Notes: generated by a model not told the origin, from the letters alone. A stretch of 64,000 nucleotides of DNA from an uncultured bacterium (GCA_965660855.1 CBFIBM010000006.1:32001-96000); one strand, 5' to 3'. Counted from the first letter of the stretch, positions 1 to 11,900 are shown. Translations and numbers: made by a program.

Positions 1-300
1 TGATCCGATATCAAGGTTATAGCTCTTTTCATAACTATCTGTTGATGGATTATAGATCATTTCTGATAAAGCATTGGGACTAATCATCCCATTATTATTT
101 GGTCCCCAATCATTAGCGGTTCCTGAAGGCATTGTTCCTGGAACAAACACCCTTTCAAAACTATCATTTGGTCCATTGATATACCTAAATGTGATTTCTA
201 AAGTTTCTGAAAAAGATATAGATGCAGATAGCATTAAAAAAAGTTTTATACTTTTAACTTTATATTTTTTTGAAATTTTATTAAAAATTATATACCACAC
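1..300 (-). CDS. 5' part of a secreted protein (runs off the window), probably a glycoside hydrolase with an N-terminal CBM48/CBM20-like domain (alpha-amylase-like)
   Basis: Not in the ORF track. Open minus frame from GTG at 300 (alternative ATG at 234) to the edge: ...IKLFLMLSASISFSETLEITFRYINGPNDSFERVFVPGTMPSGTANDWGPNNNGMISPNALSEMIYNPSTDSYEKSYNLDIGS. Signal-peptide-like start followed by a 'VFVPG..N.WGPN' pattern typical of sugar-binding Ig folds. Divergent from the TonB receptor. Confidence 0.55.
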   Translation of the reverse strand, partial: MWYIIFNKISKKYKVKSIKLFLMLSASISFSETLEITFRYINGPNDSFERVFVPGTMPSGTANDWGPNNNGMISPNALSEMIYNPSTDSYEKSYNLDIGS

Positions 301-402
301 AATCCAAATTATAAAATATAATCATAGGAGTAAAACAAATTTATGATTTTATAAAATATTATGGTTATTTTTTCATGCATTGGAGCAACAAAAAAATTAT
401 AA

Positions 403-3400
403 ATGACCTATTTTAGTACTTTAAAATATCATTTAATTCTTATTTTTGGTATGCATCTCGTATTAGCAGGTACGAGTGGAAAAATATCTGGGATAGTATT
501 AGATGAAAATAATTTGCCACTCGTTGGATGTAACGTTATTGTAAAAAACACACTCTTTGGTGCCGCGACTAATATAGATGGTGAATATTATATTTTAAAT
601 GTACCTCCAGGGAATTATGATATTTCTGCGTCCATGATTGGCTATGGTACTGTAACAATAAATAACCTACAAGTAATTGTTGATTTAACGGCTAAGGCTA
701 ATTTTTCTTTAAAACCTCAGTCTATTTCAGGAGCAGAAATTTTTGTTACTGCAGAAAAACCAACCGTTCGTTTAGATCAAACTTCCATGTCTGCAGTCGT
801 CAGTTCAGAGGATATTGAAAATTTACCTGTTTCTGATGTTGGGGATATTATTGAACTACAAGCTGGAATTGTTCGAGATCCTAATGGTGGTTTCCATGTC
901 AGAGGTGGACGAAGCAGTGAAGTATCTTTCTGGGTTGATGGTGTAGCAACAACGGATTCTTATGATGGAAGCTCAGGGCTAGAGGTAGAAAATGCGGGAA
1001 TTCAAGAAGTCCAGGTTATCTCTGGAACATTTAATGCAGAGTATGGACAAGCAATGTCAGGGATTGTAAATGTAGTTACGAAAGAAGGTACTCAAAATTA
1101 CCAAGGGAATATTAATCTTTATGCTGGCGGGTATCATTCAAATCATTCAGATTTGTATTCTATATCATCACCTTTTTCTACCTGGGAATCGTTTTCAGAT
1201 ATAAACAATGATGGAAATTGGGATTATGGTGAAATTCTATATGATTTAAATAATAATGGTATCTGGGACGAAGGAGAAATATATTGGGATAAAAACGGGA
1301 ATCAAATTTGGGATGGAGATGAGGGTTCAGAACCTTTAAATGATGATTTAGGATATGATGGTTATCTTGGTGATTATTACGATTACAATGGAGATGGAAA
1401 TACCACACAACCTAGTCCTGGAGAAGGAAATGGTCGAAGAGACTGGGGCGAACATAGATTTAATCTAGACCCTAATGGATATACAAAATATTTAAATGTA
1501 TTTGAGAATATTTTCCAGCAATCTAACTTTTCAGGAAGTTTTAGTGGACCCGTACCTCTTTTAAATAAAAAGTTAACTTTCTACTCAACACTTAGATATT
1601 ATCATTCCATGGGAAGATACTATGGTAAAAAATTATTTACACCAATAGGACTTTTTGGAGATGAATCCATTGTACCACTAGACCCGTATTCTAAATTATC
1701 AACTCAATTAAAGTTAACTTATAAAATATCCTCAAGAATAAAACTTAACTACACCAACTATCTAACTGAAAAACAGTACAAGAGTTATGATAGTTTTTAT
1801 AAATACAACCCTGATGGTATTTTAAATAAATTTGAATCTGATAGATCAAATATGTTAACCCTAACACATAGTTTAAGCCAAAATACATTTTATGAACTAA
1901 AGTTTTTATCCTTTTCTAGTGGATATAATGAAAACCTTTATAATCAAAATGATATTCCATTTTCTGTAAAAATCATGAATCAAGATCAAGTTGATGCTCT
2001 GAATATAAATGATTCAATTCGAATTAGAACAGGATATGACATTTACGAAGAAAGTCCACGGTTTTTAGTAAGCCTGCAAGAAAATGGATCATATGAAGTA
2101 ATGGATTTAAGCGATCAAAAAGGCTATGTTCCCAGCGATATTTTTGTAACACCAGAGTGGTCATTTGGTATTGGGGGAACTCAAAATGGACAATTTGAAA
2201 GAAATACATCCTTTAATCAGCTAAAATTTGACCTATCTAGCCAAATTAATTCTAATAATTTCATAAAAGTTGGAATTTTATATAAAATCTACGATATGTG
2301 GGCAGATGATAAATTTCTTAATTATAAGACCAAAGGAGAATGGTCGTTGACTCAAGATGGTGATACCTTGGGATATAGTCCATTAGCTGGAGCTAGAATT
2401 ACTCCGTTTACTCCCGTTATAAACCCAACCTATACTTCTGACCACAGCTATTTTAGAGTACAGCCGCAAGAAATTTCCGCATATTTACAAGACAAAATTG
2501 AACTTGATGAGTTAATTATTAATGCTGGTTTTAGATTTGACTATTTTGATCCCAATTGGAAAATTCCAAAAGATGATGAATTACCAGGTAACTTAAAATA
2601 TTATTTAGCCGCAACACCAAACGATACATCTGTTATTTGGGAGCATGATTTTTCTAGTATGCACTCTGAGGTAATAATCATTGATTCAATCAATCAACAA
2701 GGAGCAGTTGCAATAGAAAATTTATTTATTACAGGTGTCGATTTTGACTCTTCAACTCAGTCTTATCAAAATGCTTTTGATGCAAAGTTATCATCCTATA
2801 GAAATTCCCACAGATGGTCCTATGGCTATACAAGTGTAAAACCAACTTATCAAATCAGTCCTAGAATAGGAATTGCATATCCGATAACGGATAAAGGTGT
2901 AATTCATGTTTCCTATGGCCATTTTTTCCAGGTGCCAAACTTTAGTCTTCTCTATGAAAATCCAGAATTTGAAATAACAGATAGTAACAATGGCGGAATT
3001 CTTGGTAATGGAGCTTTGAAACCTGAAAAAACTGTTATGTATGAAATTGGATTTAAACAAGAAATAGCCCCTAGAACTGCTTTAGATTTGACTATTTTTT
3101 ATAGAGATACAAGAGACTGGGTTGGCGTTTCTACGGCAATTAAAAAATATCCAGTTGGAAATTATAGAAAATATGAAAATAAAGATTACGCAAATACTCG
3201 AGGGTTTACATTAATACTTGACCGTCAGTTCACTAATGGATTTGGTGGTGGTGTAGATTATACATGGATGGTTGCTGAAGGGACATATTCTAATCCTCAA
3301 GATGCATATTTTGATGCTCAGGACAATCAAGCTCCAAGGCTGAATATGCTCCCCTTAGATTGGGATCAAACACATACCTTAAATTTTAGAGCAACGCTTG

Positions 3401-3804
3401 GAAAGAACGATTGGGTGATTAGTTCCATTGGTAAATTATGGTCCGGTAAACCCTATACTCCTGTATTCAAAACTGGTGTAGTTTCTGGCGCAGGAGCATT
3501 CGCAGGGTTTGCAGATAATAGCGAGCGTAAGCCAAATATTTTCACCTTAGATATTCGAGCATCCTATAAACTAACCTTTTTAGGTTTAAACTCAAATTTA
3601 TACTGTAACATTTACAATTTATTTGATCTCAGAAATGAATTTTCTGTTTGGGAAGATACAGGAAGATCTGATTATACTCTTATTGCAAAAGATGTTCCTT
3701 TAATCGATTCTGGAAGAATTGGTCATTTAACTGAGCATTTATTAAAACCTGATTGGTATGGAGAACCAAGAAAAGTAAATATTGGATTGGAACTGCAGTT
3801 TTAA
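403..3804 (+). CDS. TonB-dependent outer-membrane receptor with N-terminal carboxypeptidase-regulatory-like domain and an Asp-rich insert
   Basis: Signal peptide; GKISG..LD...PL.G.NV; plug motif HVRGGR...FWVDG...ISGTFNAEYGQAMSG; L.PEKT..YE.G; C-terminal PRKVNIGLELQF ending in Phe. Confidence 0.93.
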   Translation: MTYFSTLKYHLILIFGMHLVLAGTSGKISGIVLDENNLPLVGCNVIVKNTLFGAATNIDGEYYILNVPPGNYDISASMIGYGTVTINNLQVIVDLTAKANFSLKPQSISGAEIFVTAEKPTVRLDQTSMSAVVSSEDIENLPVSDVGDIIELQAGIVRDPNGGFHVRGGRSSEVSFWVDGVATTDSYDGSSGLEVENAGIQEVQVISGTFNAEYGQAMSGIVNVVTKEGTQNYQGNINLYAGGYHSNHSDLYSISSPFSTWESFSDINNDGNWDYGEILYDLNNNGIWDEGEIYWDKNGNQIWDGDEGSEPLNDDLGYDGYLGDYYDYNGDGNTTQPSPGEGNGRRDWGEHRFNLDPNGYTKYLNVFENIFQQSNFSGSFSGPVPLLNKKLTFYSTLRYYHSMGRYYGKKLFTPIGLFGDESIVPLDPYSKLSTQLKLTYKISSRIKLNYTNYLTEKQYKSYDSFYKYNPDGILNKFESDRSNMLTLTHSLSQNTFYELKFLSFSSGYNENLYNQNDIPFSVKIMNQDQVDALNINDSIRIRTGYDIYEESPRFLVSLQENGSYEVMDLSDQKGYVPSDIFVTPEWSFGIGGTQNGQFERNTSFNQLKFDLSSQINSNNFIKVGILYKIYDMWADDKFLNYKTKGEWSLTQDGDTLGYSPLAGARITPFTPVINPTYTSDHSYFRVQPQEISAYLQDKIELDELIINAGFRFDYFDPNWKIPKDDELPGNLKYYLAATPNDTSVIWEHDFSSMHSEVIIIDSINQQGAVAIENLFITGVDFDSSTQSYQNAFDAKLSSYRNSHRWSYGYTSVKPTYQISPRIGIAYPITDKGVIHVSYGHFFQVPNFSLLYENPEFEITDSNNGGILGNGALKPEKTVMYEIGFKQEIAPRTALDLTIFYRDTRDWVGVSTAIKKYPVGNYRKYENKDYANTRGFTLILDRQFTNGFGGGVDYTWMVAEGTYSNPQDAYFDAQDNQAPRLNMLPLDWDQTHTLNFRATLGKNDWVISSIGKLWSGKPYTPVFKTGVVSGAGAFAGFADNSERKPNIFTLDIRASYKLTFLGLNSNLYCNIYNLFDLRNEFSVWEDTGRSDYTLIAKDVPLIDSGRIGHLTEHLLKPDWYGEPRKVNIGLELQF

Positions 3805-3806
3805 AC

Positions 3807-6800
3807 ATGAAAAAAATCTTAGCTATCATAATATTTATTTTTGTTTGTTCGACCTCTAAACTTTATTCGACATCAAAAGGAAACTCTCTATCACGAGCAA
3901 AAAATAACCACTCTGGAAATAAAGTAAGAACTACCTTTTATAATTACGGACTTATTGGGCGATGGACAAGCGAGCCTGAAGATATAGGCGGTGAGTGGCC
4001 AATCAATTCTGGGCATGAATATATTGGTGATGTTGGTCATATGGTTGGTTCAGAATTTAAAGATTTAGATGGTAATGAGAAAAAAAGTGTAATTACAATT
4101 GATAATCCGCGCGGGAGTGAATTCAATCTAGATACTCATTGGGGTTGGGAGCCATTACCTGGATATAATAATCCAGATACAACACTTGTTGCCATGAGTC
4201 ATATGGGACCATCAGAAAATCCAGATTATAAAAATAACACTTGGCCTAACCAGTGGCCTGATAAACTTGAAGACCCACTTGATCCAGGCTGGCCAGATTC
4301 TTGGAATGGATATTTTGGTAAAAATCAAAAGAATGCTGAGCAGGAAAGTTTTTTTGTTATGGATGATGCTCAAGATGCAGAATTTTTCTATTATCCTGAT
4401 TCTAACGATTTACAAAGACGTGGAATGGGTCTAAGATGTACTCAGAGAGGACTTCAATGGAATCATATTTTAGCTGAGGATGTTTTATTTTGGCTTTATG
4501 ATATAAAAAATATAAGTGATTATGATATTGAGAAAATGGTTTTTGGATATATCGTTGGAACCATCACCGGAGGAGATGGTGATAGTGGAGATGATTGGGC
4601 AGATTTTGAGAAAGAAGATGATATTGCTTACTCCTATGATAATGGAACTGATTTAGAAACTGGCTTAGGCGGTGTCGGTGCAAGTGGTTGGTCACCAGTT
4701 GGGCTTGCGGGATATGCCTTTCTTGAAAGCCCTGGAAACCCATATGATGGAATTGATAATGATGGAGATGGATCAGATGGATCCGGACTTACTTTGTCAG
4801 AAGATATTTTCTCAGCAAGAACTTATAACATTGGCGATACTGTTGTAGTCATAAATTATCAAACATATGAAAGAACATTAATCTCAATGCCTGCTGAAGG
4901 AATTATTGTTCAAAAGTCAGATAAAGAGTATGCCTTCCTCCCCGGCTCTAGCTTAGAAGAAATACCCAGAAATTTAATTGATGATAATTTGAATGGACTT
5001 ATCGATGAGAATAATGGTGCATCCGTAGAGATTGCTCCTGGGGTTTTTGAAGATTTATATTTGTATTTTGACCCAATTTCAGGAGAAGGATTAAAATACA
5101 TTGACTACTTTAATGGTATTGGTTTATCAAATAACTTAATTGATGAAAGTCGTGAAGATGGAATTGATAATGATGGAGATTGGAATATTGCTACTGATGA
5201 TGTGGGCATAGACGGTATGCCGGGAAGTAATGATCTTGGTGAGGGAGATGGAGTTCCAACTTCTGGTCGCGGTACTGAATTACCTGGAGAACCCAATATC
5301 GATAAAACAGATGTTGATGAATCTGATCAGATAGGATTATCTAGTTTTTATTATTTTAATTTTGGAGTAGGCCCTCAGATGAATGATGATAATAGATTAT
5401 GGGAAGAAATGTTACCGGGTTATTTTAATAATGCTGTTTCAAATACCGATGCTGATTTTTTATTTAGCTCTGGTTATTTCCCATTACAAAAAGATTTAAC
5501 AGAAAGATTTTCAATATCATTATTATTTGGAGATAATCTTCCTGATCTAATTCGTAATAAACAGACTGTACAAACTATATATAATCAAAATTATAATTTT
5601 GCTAAAGCTCCTGATCTTCCAACTTTAAGTTCATATGCTGGAGATGGGTATGTAACAATTTATTGGGATAATGCCGCAGAATTTTCAGTTGATAGAATAA
5701 CCGGAGAAGACTTTGAAGGCTACAAGATTTATAAGGCAACAAATACTCAGTTTACGGATGCGGGAGTGGTAACTGATGCATTTGGAACAGCAAAATTTAA
5801 TATTCCAATTAAACAATATGACCAAATAAATGAATATGAAGGCTTCTTCCCTGGTCATGTAGATGGAATACAATTTTATCTTGGTAGCAATGATGGACTT
5901 GTTCATTCATGGACGGATACAAATGTTATTAATGGCCATCGCTACTTCTATGCCGTAACCGCTTATGATCACGGATCAATTGAAAAAGAAATTCTTCCTG
6001 CTGAAACCTCTAAATTCGTTACTATGGACAGAGGAGGTAATATTATCACTGGTAAAAATGTCATATCCGTGATACCTGATGCTCCGGCATTAGGCTATAT
6101 ACCAGCACCTGATGAAAAATTTGTTTATCCAGTCGGTACACCAATTGGAACAGGTACTCTAAAGGTCAAAACTATTGACCCATCAAAGATTCCTGATAAT
6201 AATACCTACAGAATATATTTTAAAGATACAAAAATGAATGGAATTGATGATGATGGAGATTGGTCAGTAGAAATCCATGATGTTGGTAGCGATGGATGTA
6301 GTGATAATTTTGAGGATGGTTTTGGTGGGTGCTATGATGAAGCTAATTTAGATGCTGAAGACTTAAATCAAGATAACTGGAATGATTGTGGATCTGATGG
6401 AGTATGTAATCAAGATGAGCCTGGATTTAATCCCATTGAAAATCCAGACCCAAACAATGATGACTATGATTATAATATGAATCCTACTGGAAATGAAAAT
6501 AATAACAGATATGATTTAGGTGAGAATACTGAGGCCAATGGTTTTCCTGACAATGGTGAACCAAATATTGATGAAAGTGACTTAGAAGAAGCAATTCCTA
6601 TTACAACTCAATTTATGATACTAAACATCACAAATGAGTCTGACTTGGATACTGTTGTTTTTTGGAATGATAATTTAGATAGTGATTTAGGACAATTTGA
6701 TGGTATGGTTTTAGAAATTCAAAACCAAAATACTATTAGATTAGATCAAGAACGATCCCATTTTTATCCACAGACAGATACAGACTATTCATTTAATATT

Positions 6801-7775
6801 TCTCCATTCAATTTTGGGGGGATTGAAACTCAAGGAGTTAGATATCCTCGAAGCTATGGTATTGTTTTTTCAGATACAGCAATTCATAAGACTCTACCTG
6901 TGGTTGTCAAAAGAACGAATGGTCAGAACCTAACTATCGATTCTTCTAGAGCTAATTTTTATATCATAGATTTAGATAATCCAGATTTAAATATAGATAT
7001 TGCCGTGATTGATCAAAGTTGGTCCTATTATAGTTTAGCGACTGGATTACCTGATTCTGTACCTATAGATTCCATCATAAATAGTAAATTTTATTTAAAT
7101 CCTGATGAATTTAACGATTTTAATATTATTGATACCGTTTTAGGTACATGGTCAGATATTGGTTTTGCTCCGTCAAGTTTTGGTAGTAATTATGCATTGA
7201 AAGTGACTCTTGCAAAGCCAGGGCATTTTTCTTATTCTGATAGGATTATCATTTTAGAAAATGTGAAGGATACATCCATAGTTACATGGAATATTACACC
7301 AGGTCACGATAATATTTCTGGGCAAAAAACTCCATCCCATGGTGATACTTTATCATTATTCATGACCAAACCGTTCTCCAGCGCAGATGTCTATGAATTC
7401 GTATCTGAAGGCCATTCACTCGAAGAAAAAAATATAGATTTTTTATCAAAAAATATAAAAGTTGTTCCTAATCCTTATATTGTTGCAGCTAGTTGGGAAG
7501 GACAAAACCCTTATGCTGATGGTAGAGGACCTCGGTCTATTCATTTCACACATTTACCACCTCAATGTAAGATCCAAATTTTTACTTTAGCCGGAGAGCT
7601 TGTAAATACTTTAATCCATGATACGAGTATCGATGATGGATCTTATGAATGGAATATGCTAACAAAAGATAATCTAGATATTTCATATGGGCTTTATTTC
7701 TTTCATGTTGAACCCATAAATAGTGAAATAAATTCTTTCACGCCTCATCTTGGAAAATTTGCTGTTATAAAATGA
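3807..7775 (+). CDS. Large secreted Asp/Gly-rich protein with an FN3-like domain and a T9SS-CTD-like C-terminus (TonB-receptor partner)
   Basis: Likely start MKKILAII at 3807 (signal peptide). DGIDNDGD repeats; FN3-like VTIYWD...FEGYKIY...Y.YAVTAYD; C-terminal IKVVPNPY...I.IFTLAGELV...W...GLYFFHVE...GKFAVIK. Confidence 0.75.
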   Translation: MKKILAIIIFIFVCSTSKLYSTSKGNSLSRAKNNHSGNKVRTTFYNYGLIGRWTSEPEDIGGEWPINSGHEYIGDVGHMVGSEFKDLDGNEKKSVITIDNPRGSEFNLDTHWGWEPLPGYNNPDTTLVAMSHMGPSENPDYKNNTWPNQWPDKLEDPLDPGWPDSWNGYFGKNQKNAEQESFFVMDDAQDAEFFYYPDSNDLQRRGMGLRCTQRGLQWNHILAEDVLFWLYDIKNISDYDIEKMVFGYIVGTITGGDGDSGDDWADFEKEDDIAYSYDNGTDLETGLGGVGASGWSPVGLAGYAFLESPGNPYDGIDNDGDGSDGSGLTLSEDIFSARTYNIGDTVVVINYQTYERTLISMPAEGIIVQKSDKEYAFLPGSSLEEIPRNLIDDNLNGLIDENNGASVEIAPGVFEDLYLYFDPISGEGLKYIDYFNGIGLSNNLIDESREDGIDNDGDWNIATDDVGIDGMPGSNDLGEGDGVPTSGRGTELPGEPNIDKTDVDESDQIGLSSFYYFNFGVGPQMNDDNRLWEEMLPGYFNNAVSNTDADFLFSSGYFPLQKDLTERFSISLLFGDNLPDLIRNKQTVQTIYNQNYNFAKAPDLPTLSSYAGDGYVTIYWDNAAEFSVDRITGEDFEGYKIYKATNTQFTDAGVVTDAFGTAKFNIPIKQYDQINEYEGFFPGHVDGIQFYLGSNDGLVHSWTDTNVINGHRYFYAVTAYDHGSIEKEILPAETSKFVTMDRGGNIITGKNVISVIPDAPALGYIPAPDEKFVYPVGTPIGTGTLKVKTIDPSKIPDNNTYRIYFKDTKMNGIDDDGDWSVEIHDVGSDGCSDNFEDGFGGCYDEANLDAEDLNQDNWNDCGSDGVCNQDEPGFNPIENPDPNNDDYDYNMNPTGNENNNRYDLGENTEANGFPDNGEPNIDESDLEEAIPITTQFMILNITNESDLDTVVFWNDNLDSDLGQFDGMVLEIQNQNTIRLDQERSHFYPQTDTDYSFNISPFNFGGIETQGVRYPRSYGIVFSDTAIHKTLPVVVKRTNGQNLTIDSSRANFYIIDLDNPDLNIDIAVIDQSWSYYSLATGLPDSVPIDSIINSKFYLNPDEFNDFNIIDTVLGTWSDIGFAPSSFGSNYALKVTLAKPGHFSYSDRIIILENVKDTSIVTWNITPGHDNISGQKTPSHGDTLSLFMTKPFSSADVYEFVSEGHSLEEKNIDFLSKNIKVVPNPYIVAASWEGQNPYADGRGPRSIHFTHLPPQCKIQIFTLAGELVNTLIHDTSIDDGSYEWNMLTKDNLDISYGLYFFHVEPINSEINSFTPHLGKFAVIK

Positions 7776-8782
7776 TAATTCTTTCAAAAAATCTAATACT
7801 TATTTTTTTTACATTTGAGTTACTGTTTTCTCAATCGGTTACAAAAACTGGCACTACTGCGGGACAGTTCTTAAAAATTGGTGTTGGAGCAAGAGCGCTG
7901 GGAATGGGAAGTGCTTTTTCGTCTGTTGCTGGTGATGGTTCATCTCTGTATTGGAACCCAGCTGGAATTTCTAGACTCAAAAAAAATCAGATCATATTTG
8001 ATCACCAAGATTGGATATTAGATGTTGATTTAGATTTTATTGGAGCATCATTTAAAACTCCGTTCGGAACTATTGCTGCGGCGATAAATACCATGCATAT
8101 GGGTGAGATGGAAGTAACAACTACTCATAATCCTGAGGGAACTGGAGAGAAATTCAATGTAGGTTCAATTATGGGACAGCTAACATTTTCGAAATTACTT
8201 ACCGATAGATTTTCTTTTGGGATATCCACAAAGTACATACAAGAAACCATATATAATTCAAAAGCAACGGGACTAGCTATAGATCTCGGTACCCTTTATT
8301 ATACCCAAATTGAAGGACTTAAAATGGGCATGAGTATTTCAAACTATGGTACTAAGATGAAAATGAGTGGTAGAGATTTATTATTGCAAACAGAGGTAGA
8401 TCCTAGTTTAGAATCTGACCCTACAAATATAAATGCTAATTTTGAAACGGATCGGTTTGAACTCCCATTAATTTTCAGATTTGGCGTTTCTTATGAAAAA
8501 TCACTATTAACTGATTTTGATATTTTGATTGCAGCAGATGCCTTGCATCCAAATGATAATACTGAAAGTATTAACCTTGGATCAGAAATATCATATAAAA
8601 ATTTCTTATTTATTAGATCTGGAATTTCAAATCTTTTTCAAAATGATCGTATTTCAGAGGAGTCTTTTGGCCTAGGTATTAAGGTAAAATTAGCCAACTC
8701 ATTTTACCTGATCGATTATTGCTATCAAAATATGGGACCATTAGGTAATCCCAAAAAAGTGACGCTTACCACACTATTTTAG
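7772..8782 (+). CDS. PorV/PorQ-family (FadL-like) outer-membrane beta-barrel
   Basis: GTT.GQFLKIGVGARALGMG.AF.....D.S.LYWNPAG N-terminal signature; ATGA overlap with the upstream gene; ends in Phe. Confidence 0.85.
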   Translation: MIILSKNLILIFFTFELLFSQSVTKTGTTAGQFLKIGVGARALGMGSAFSSVAGDGSSLYWNPAGISRLKKNQIIFDHQDWILDVDLDFIGASFKTPFGTIAAAINTMHMGEMEVTTTHNPEGTGEKFNVGSIMGQLTFSKLLTDRFSFGISTKYIQETIYNSKATGLAIDLGTLYYTQIEGLKMGMSISNYGTKMKMSGRDLLLQTEVDPSLESDPTNINANFETDRFELPLIFRFGVSYEKSLLTDFDILIAADALHPNDNTESINLGSEISYKNFLFIRSGISNLFQNDRISEESFGLGIKVKLANSFYLIDYCYQNMGPLGNPKKVTLTTLF

Positions 8783-8942
8783 AAACCTGAAATTCATTGG
8801 TATATAAACATTTTTTTTTTATAGATTATAAGATCTGGTTTTTGTTATTTATTTATAAATACATTGTATAATTAACAATATTATAGCATTTATCAGATCA
8901 AAAGGACTAATCAATAATTATCTAAAAGGAGCAATAGATATA

Positions 8943-11900
8943 ATGAAAATGTTAAATATTTTTAAGCATATTTTTGGTCTTACACTTCTCACCTTTTCAG
9001 TTTATGGTGCGAATGTAACTTTCCATGTAGATATGCAATTTGAAACTGTAACCAATGGTGTTTACCTTGCCGGTGGAGATGCGGGTAATCCAGGTTATGA
9101 GATGACTGATGAAGATGGAGACAACATCTATTCATTAACAATAGAATTAACACAAGAAGCGTACGGAGATTGGTTTGGTTACAAATTTGTCAATGGACCT
9201 ATCGATGCTGGATGGCAAGGTGCTTGGGAAGTTGTTCCAAATGCTTGTGGTTTTGGAGAACACGCAGATAGACGAGCTGCAGTTCTTGAAGATAATTATG
9301 AATTACCTCCCGTAGTATTTGGCGACTGTTCACCTGACGGACAAACAACCATGGTGTTTAGGGTAGATATGCAATATGAAGAAGTTTCCATTGATGGAGT
9401 TTGGCTTGCTGGCGGAACTGCTGGTAATCCTGGTTTTCCTATGTTTCCAGGTGAAAATGGTATATGGTCTAGAACTCTAAGTATCAATGAAAACACAGCG
9501 TTCACTTATAAATTTGTGAATGGAATGATTGATGCAGGTTGGCAAGGTGCCTGGGAAGAAGTACCTGATGCATGTGGAGTTGGTGACTTTAATGATCGTT
9601 CCGTTGATGTTGGGACAGAAGATACGACCCTACCCGCGATTGTTTTTGGAACATGTGATGAAGCGGTTACAGAAGTTGATGTAACATTTCATGTCGATAT
9701 GCAACACGAAGAAGTTTCTACAGGCGGTGTATGGCTAGCCGGTGGAAATGCTGGTAACCCTGGATTTGAGATGAATGATGGAGATGGTGATGGAATCTAC
9801 TCTCTTGTTTTAACATTAGGTATAAACAGTACATTTGGTTATAAATTTTCAAATGGGCCTATCAACCCAGATTGGTCAGGTGGATGGGAGGAAGTCCCTT
9901 TAGCTTGTGCATTTGGAGACTTTGCCGATCGTTCAGTATCTGTCGGAATTGCTCCACTAGAGCTACCTCCAGTTGTTTTTGGTGAATGTACTGCAGATGG
10001 TGCTGTTCTTGTTACATTCCAAGTAGATATGCAAAATGAAGTTCTCATTGATGGAACGGTATGGTTAGCGGGTGGAAATGCTGGAAATCCTGGTTATCAA
10101 ATGATGAATGAAGGTGGTGGCAGTATATATTCCCATACGTTAGTACTTGGTAGTGGAACTAATTTTGGGTATAAATTTGTGAATGGTCCTATTGATGCTG
10201 GTTGGAATGGTGCATGGGAAGAAGTACCTGCAGCTTGTGCATTTGGAGACTTCGCTGATCGTCAGGTTACCATCATTGAAGCAGATATGTTATTACCTCC
10301 CGTTGCATTTGGTTCCTGTGATCCAATACCCGTTGAATCAGCGACAGTTACTTTCCAAGCTGACATGAGTAATTTAATAGCCCAAGGATGGAATGGTGAA
10401 ACCAGCACAATGAATGTTATGGGTATGTTAACAAATTGGGGCGATGGTGCAATAATGATAGAAGATCTTGTTAACCCGAGCATTTACACATTTACAACAG
10501 AACCAATAACTGCACCGGTCGGTTCACTTCACGAATGGAAATTTAAAGCCTTCTCTGAAGCAGTATCTTTTACAAATGGTGGCTGGGAAGTAGGCGAGAA
10601 TTTTATTTTAGAATTCACTGGTGAAGATATTATTTTAGAACCAATGGTTCCAAGAATTAATATTTTAGGTGAGCTTGCTAATGCAGTTACTGTAGATATT
10701 CATGTAACATGGAATGAGGGAACTCTGAACGTTAATACTGGGGAGCCATTTCCTGAAACTCCTGACACACTTATAATGAATGGTGATTTTCTTAATGGTT
10801 GGGGAACTTGGGGTGATTGTATGGGGGCTGATTGTGCTACGCCGGTAGGACCAGCTTCTAATATTCCAAGACTTACAGACTCAGATGGAGATGGTATTTA
10901 TACAGGTACACTTGAACTACCTGCTGGACATGGAAATGTGTTAACTTACAAGCTAGGTGCATATTACCCTGGTGTTGAGAATACAGCAGATGTTGCAACT
11001 AATGGTGCTATGGATAATGAAGGAGGATTTGGCGCTGATAAGATTTTTATCATACCAACTTCTACTGATGAAAATATTGCTCTTGAAACAGTATTTGGAG
11101 ATAATAATCCTCTAAATCCATTTTTACCTGTACAAATAACTTTTCATTTAGATATGAGAGATCATCAAGTATCTGATGATGGTGTGCATGTTGCAGGGAC
11201 AATCAATAGCTGGAGCACAACGGCTACTCCTTTACATGACGAGGATGGTGATGGAATCTATATCGGGCATGCAGAAGCAACCCCCGGAGATACTATTTAC
11301 TACAAATTTTTAAATGGAAACTCATGGGGAACTGATGAAGCCGTTCCAGATCCTTCATGTGGTGGAGCAGGTGGATATGGTTCCGATAGATTTTATCATG
11401 TGCCGCAAGGTGACTCTGACATTCCTCTAGTCTGTTTTGGTGAATGTATAACATGTGAAGAATCCTATGTAACATTCCATGTGGATATGTCTGAAGTAGA
11501 GTCTATATCCGAAAATGGTGTTTTTGTTGGCGGTGGAGTTTTCTACCCTGACTTTCATTTAATGGAAGAAGTTGATGAAAATTTATATGCTTTAAAAACT
11601 GTTCTTCCAGAAGGAACTCATCTTTATAAATTTAATAATGGTGGTACAGATGCCACTTATGAAGATGGCGGAGCATTATCAGCTGAAGGCTGTGGAGTAG
11701 GTGCTTACAACGATCGTGAAATCCTGGTTGGTGAATTAGATATGATGACTGAACCATTTTGTTATAGTTCATGTTATACATGTAGCGGCGGTGTTGATCC
11801 AGTGGAAGCAAATGTAACTTTCTCAGCTGACATGAGTATTTTACTAGCGCAAGGGTGGGATATGGAAACTTACTCAATGAATATTATGGGTACTCTCACA

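Noticed and set aside
74..346. 90-aa plus-strand ORF in the track
   Set aside because: It is the antisense shadow of a more protein-like minus-strand frame (1-300) that has a signal peptide and a CBM-like motif.
301..402. AATCATA...TATGATT inverted repeat in the divergent promoter region
   Set aside because: Short and almost all A/T, with no regulator gene in view; cannot be distinguished from chance.
3753..3806. Track start of the 1340-aa ORF, and similar over-extended starts at 12947 and 24868
   Set aside because: These overlap the upstream gene, terminator or small ORF. Downstream ATGs (3807, 12974, 24829) give better N-termini.
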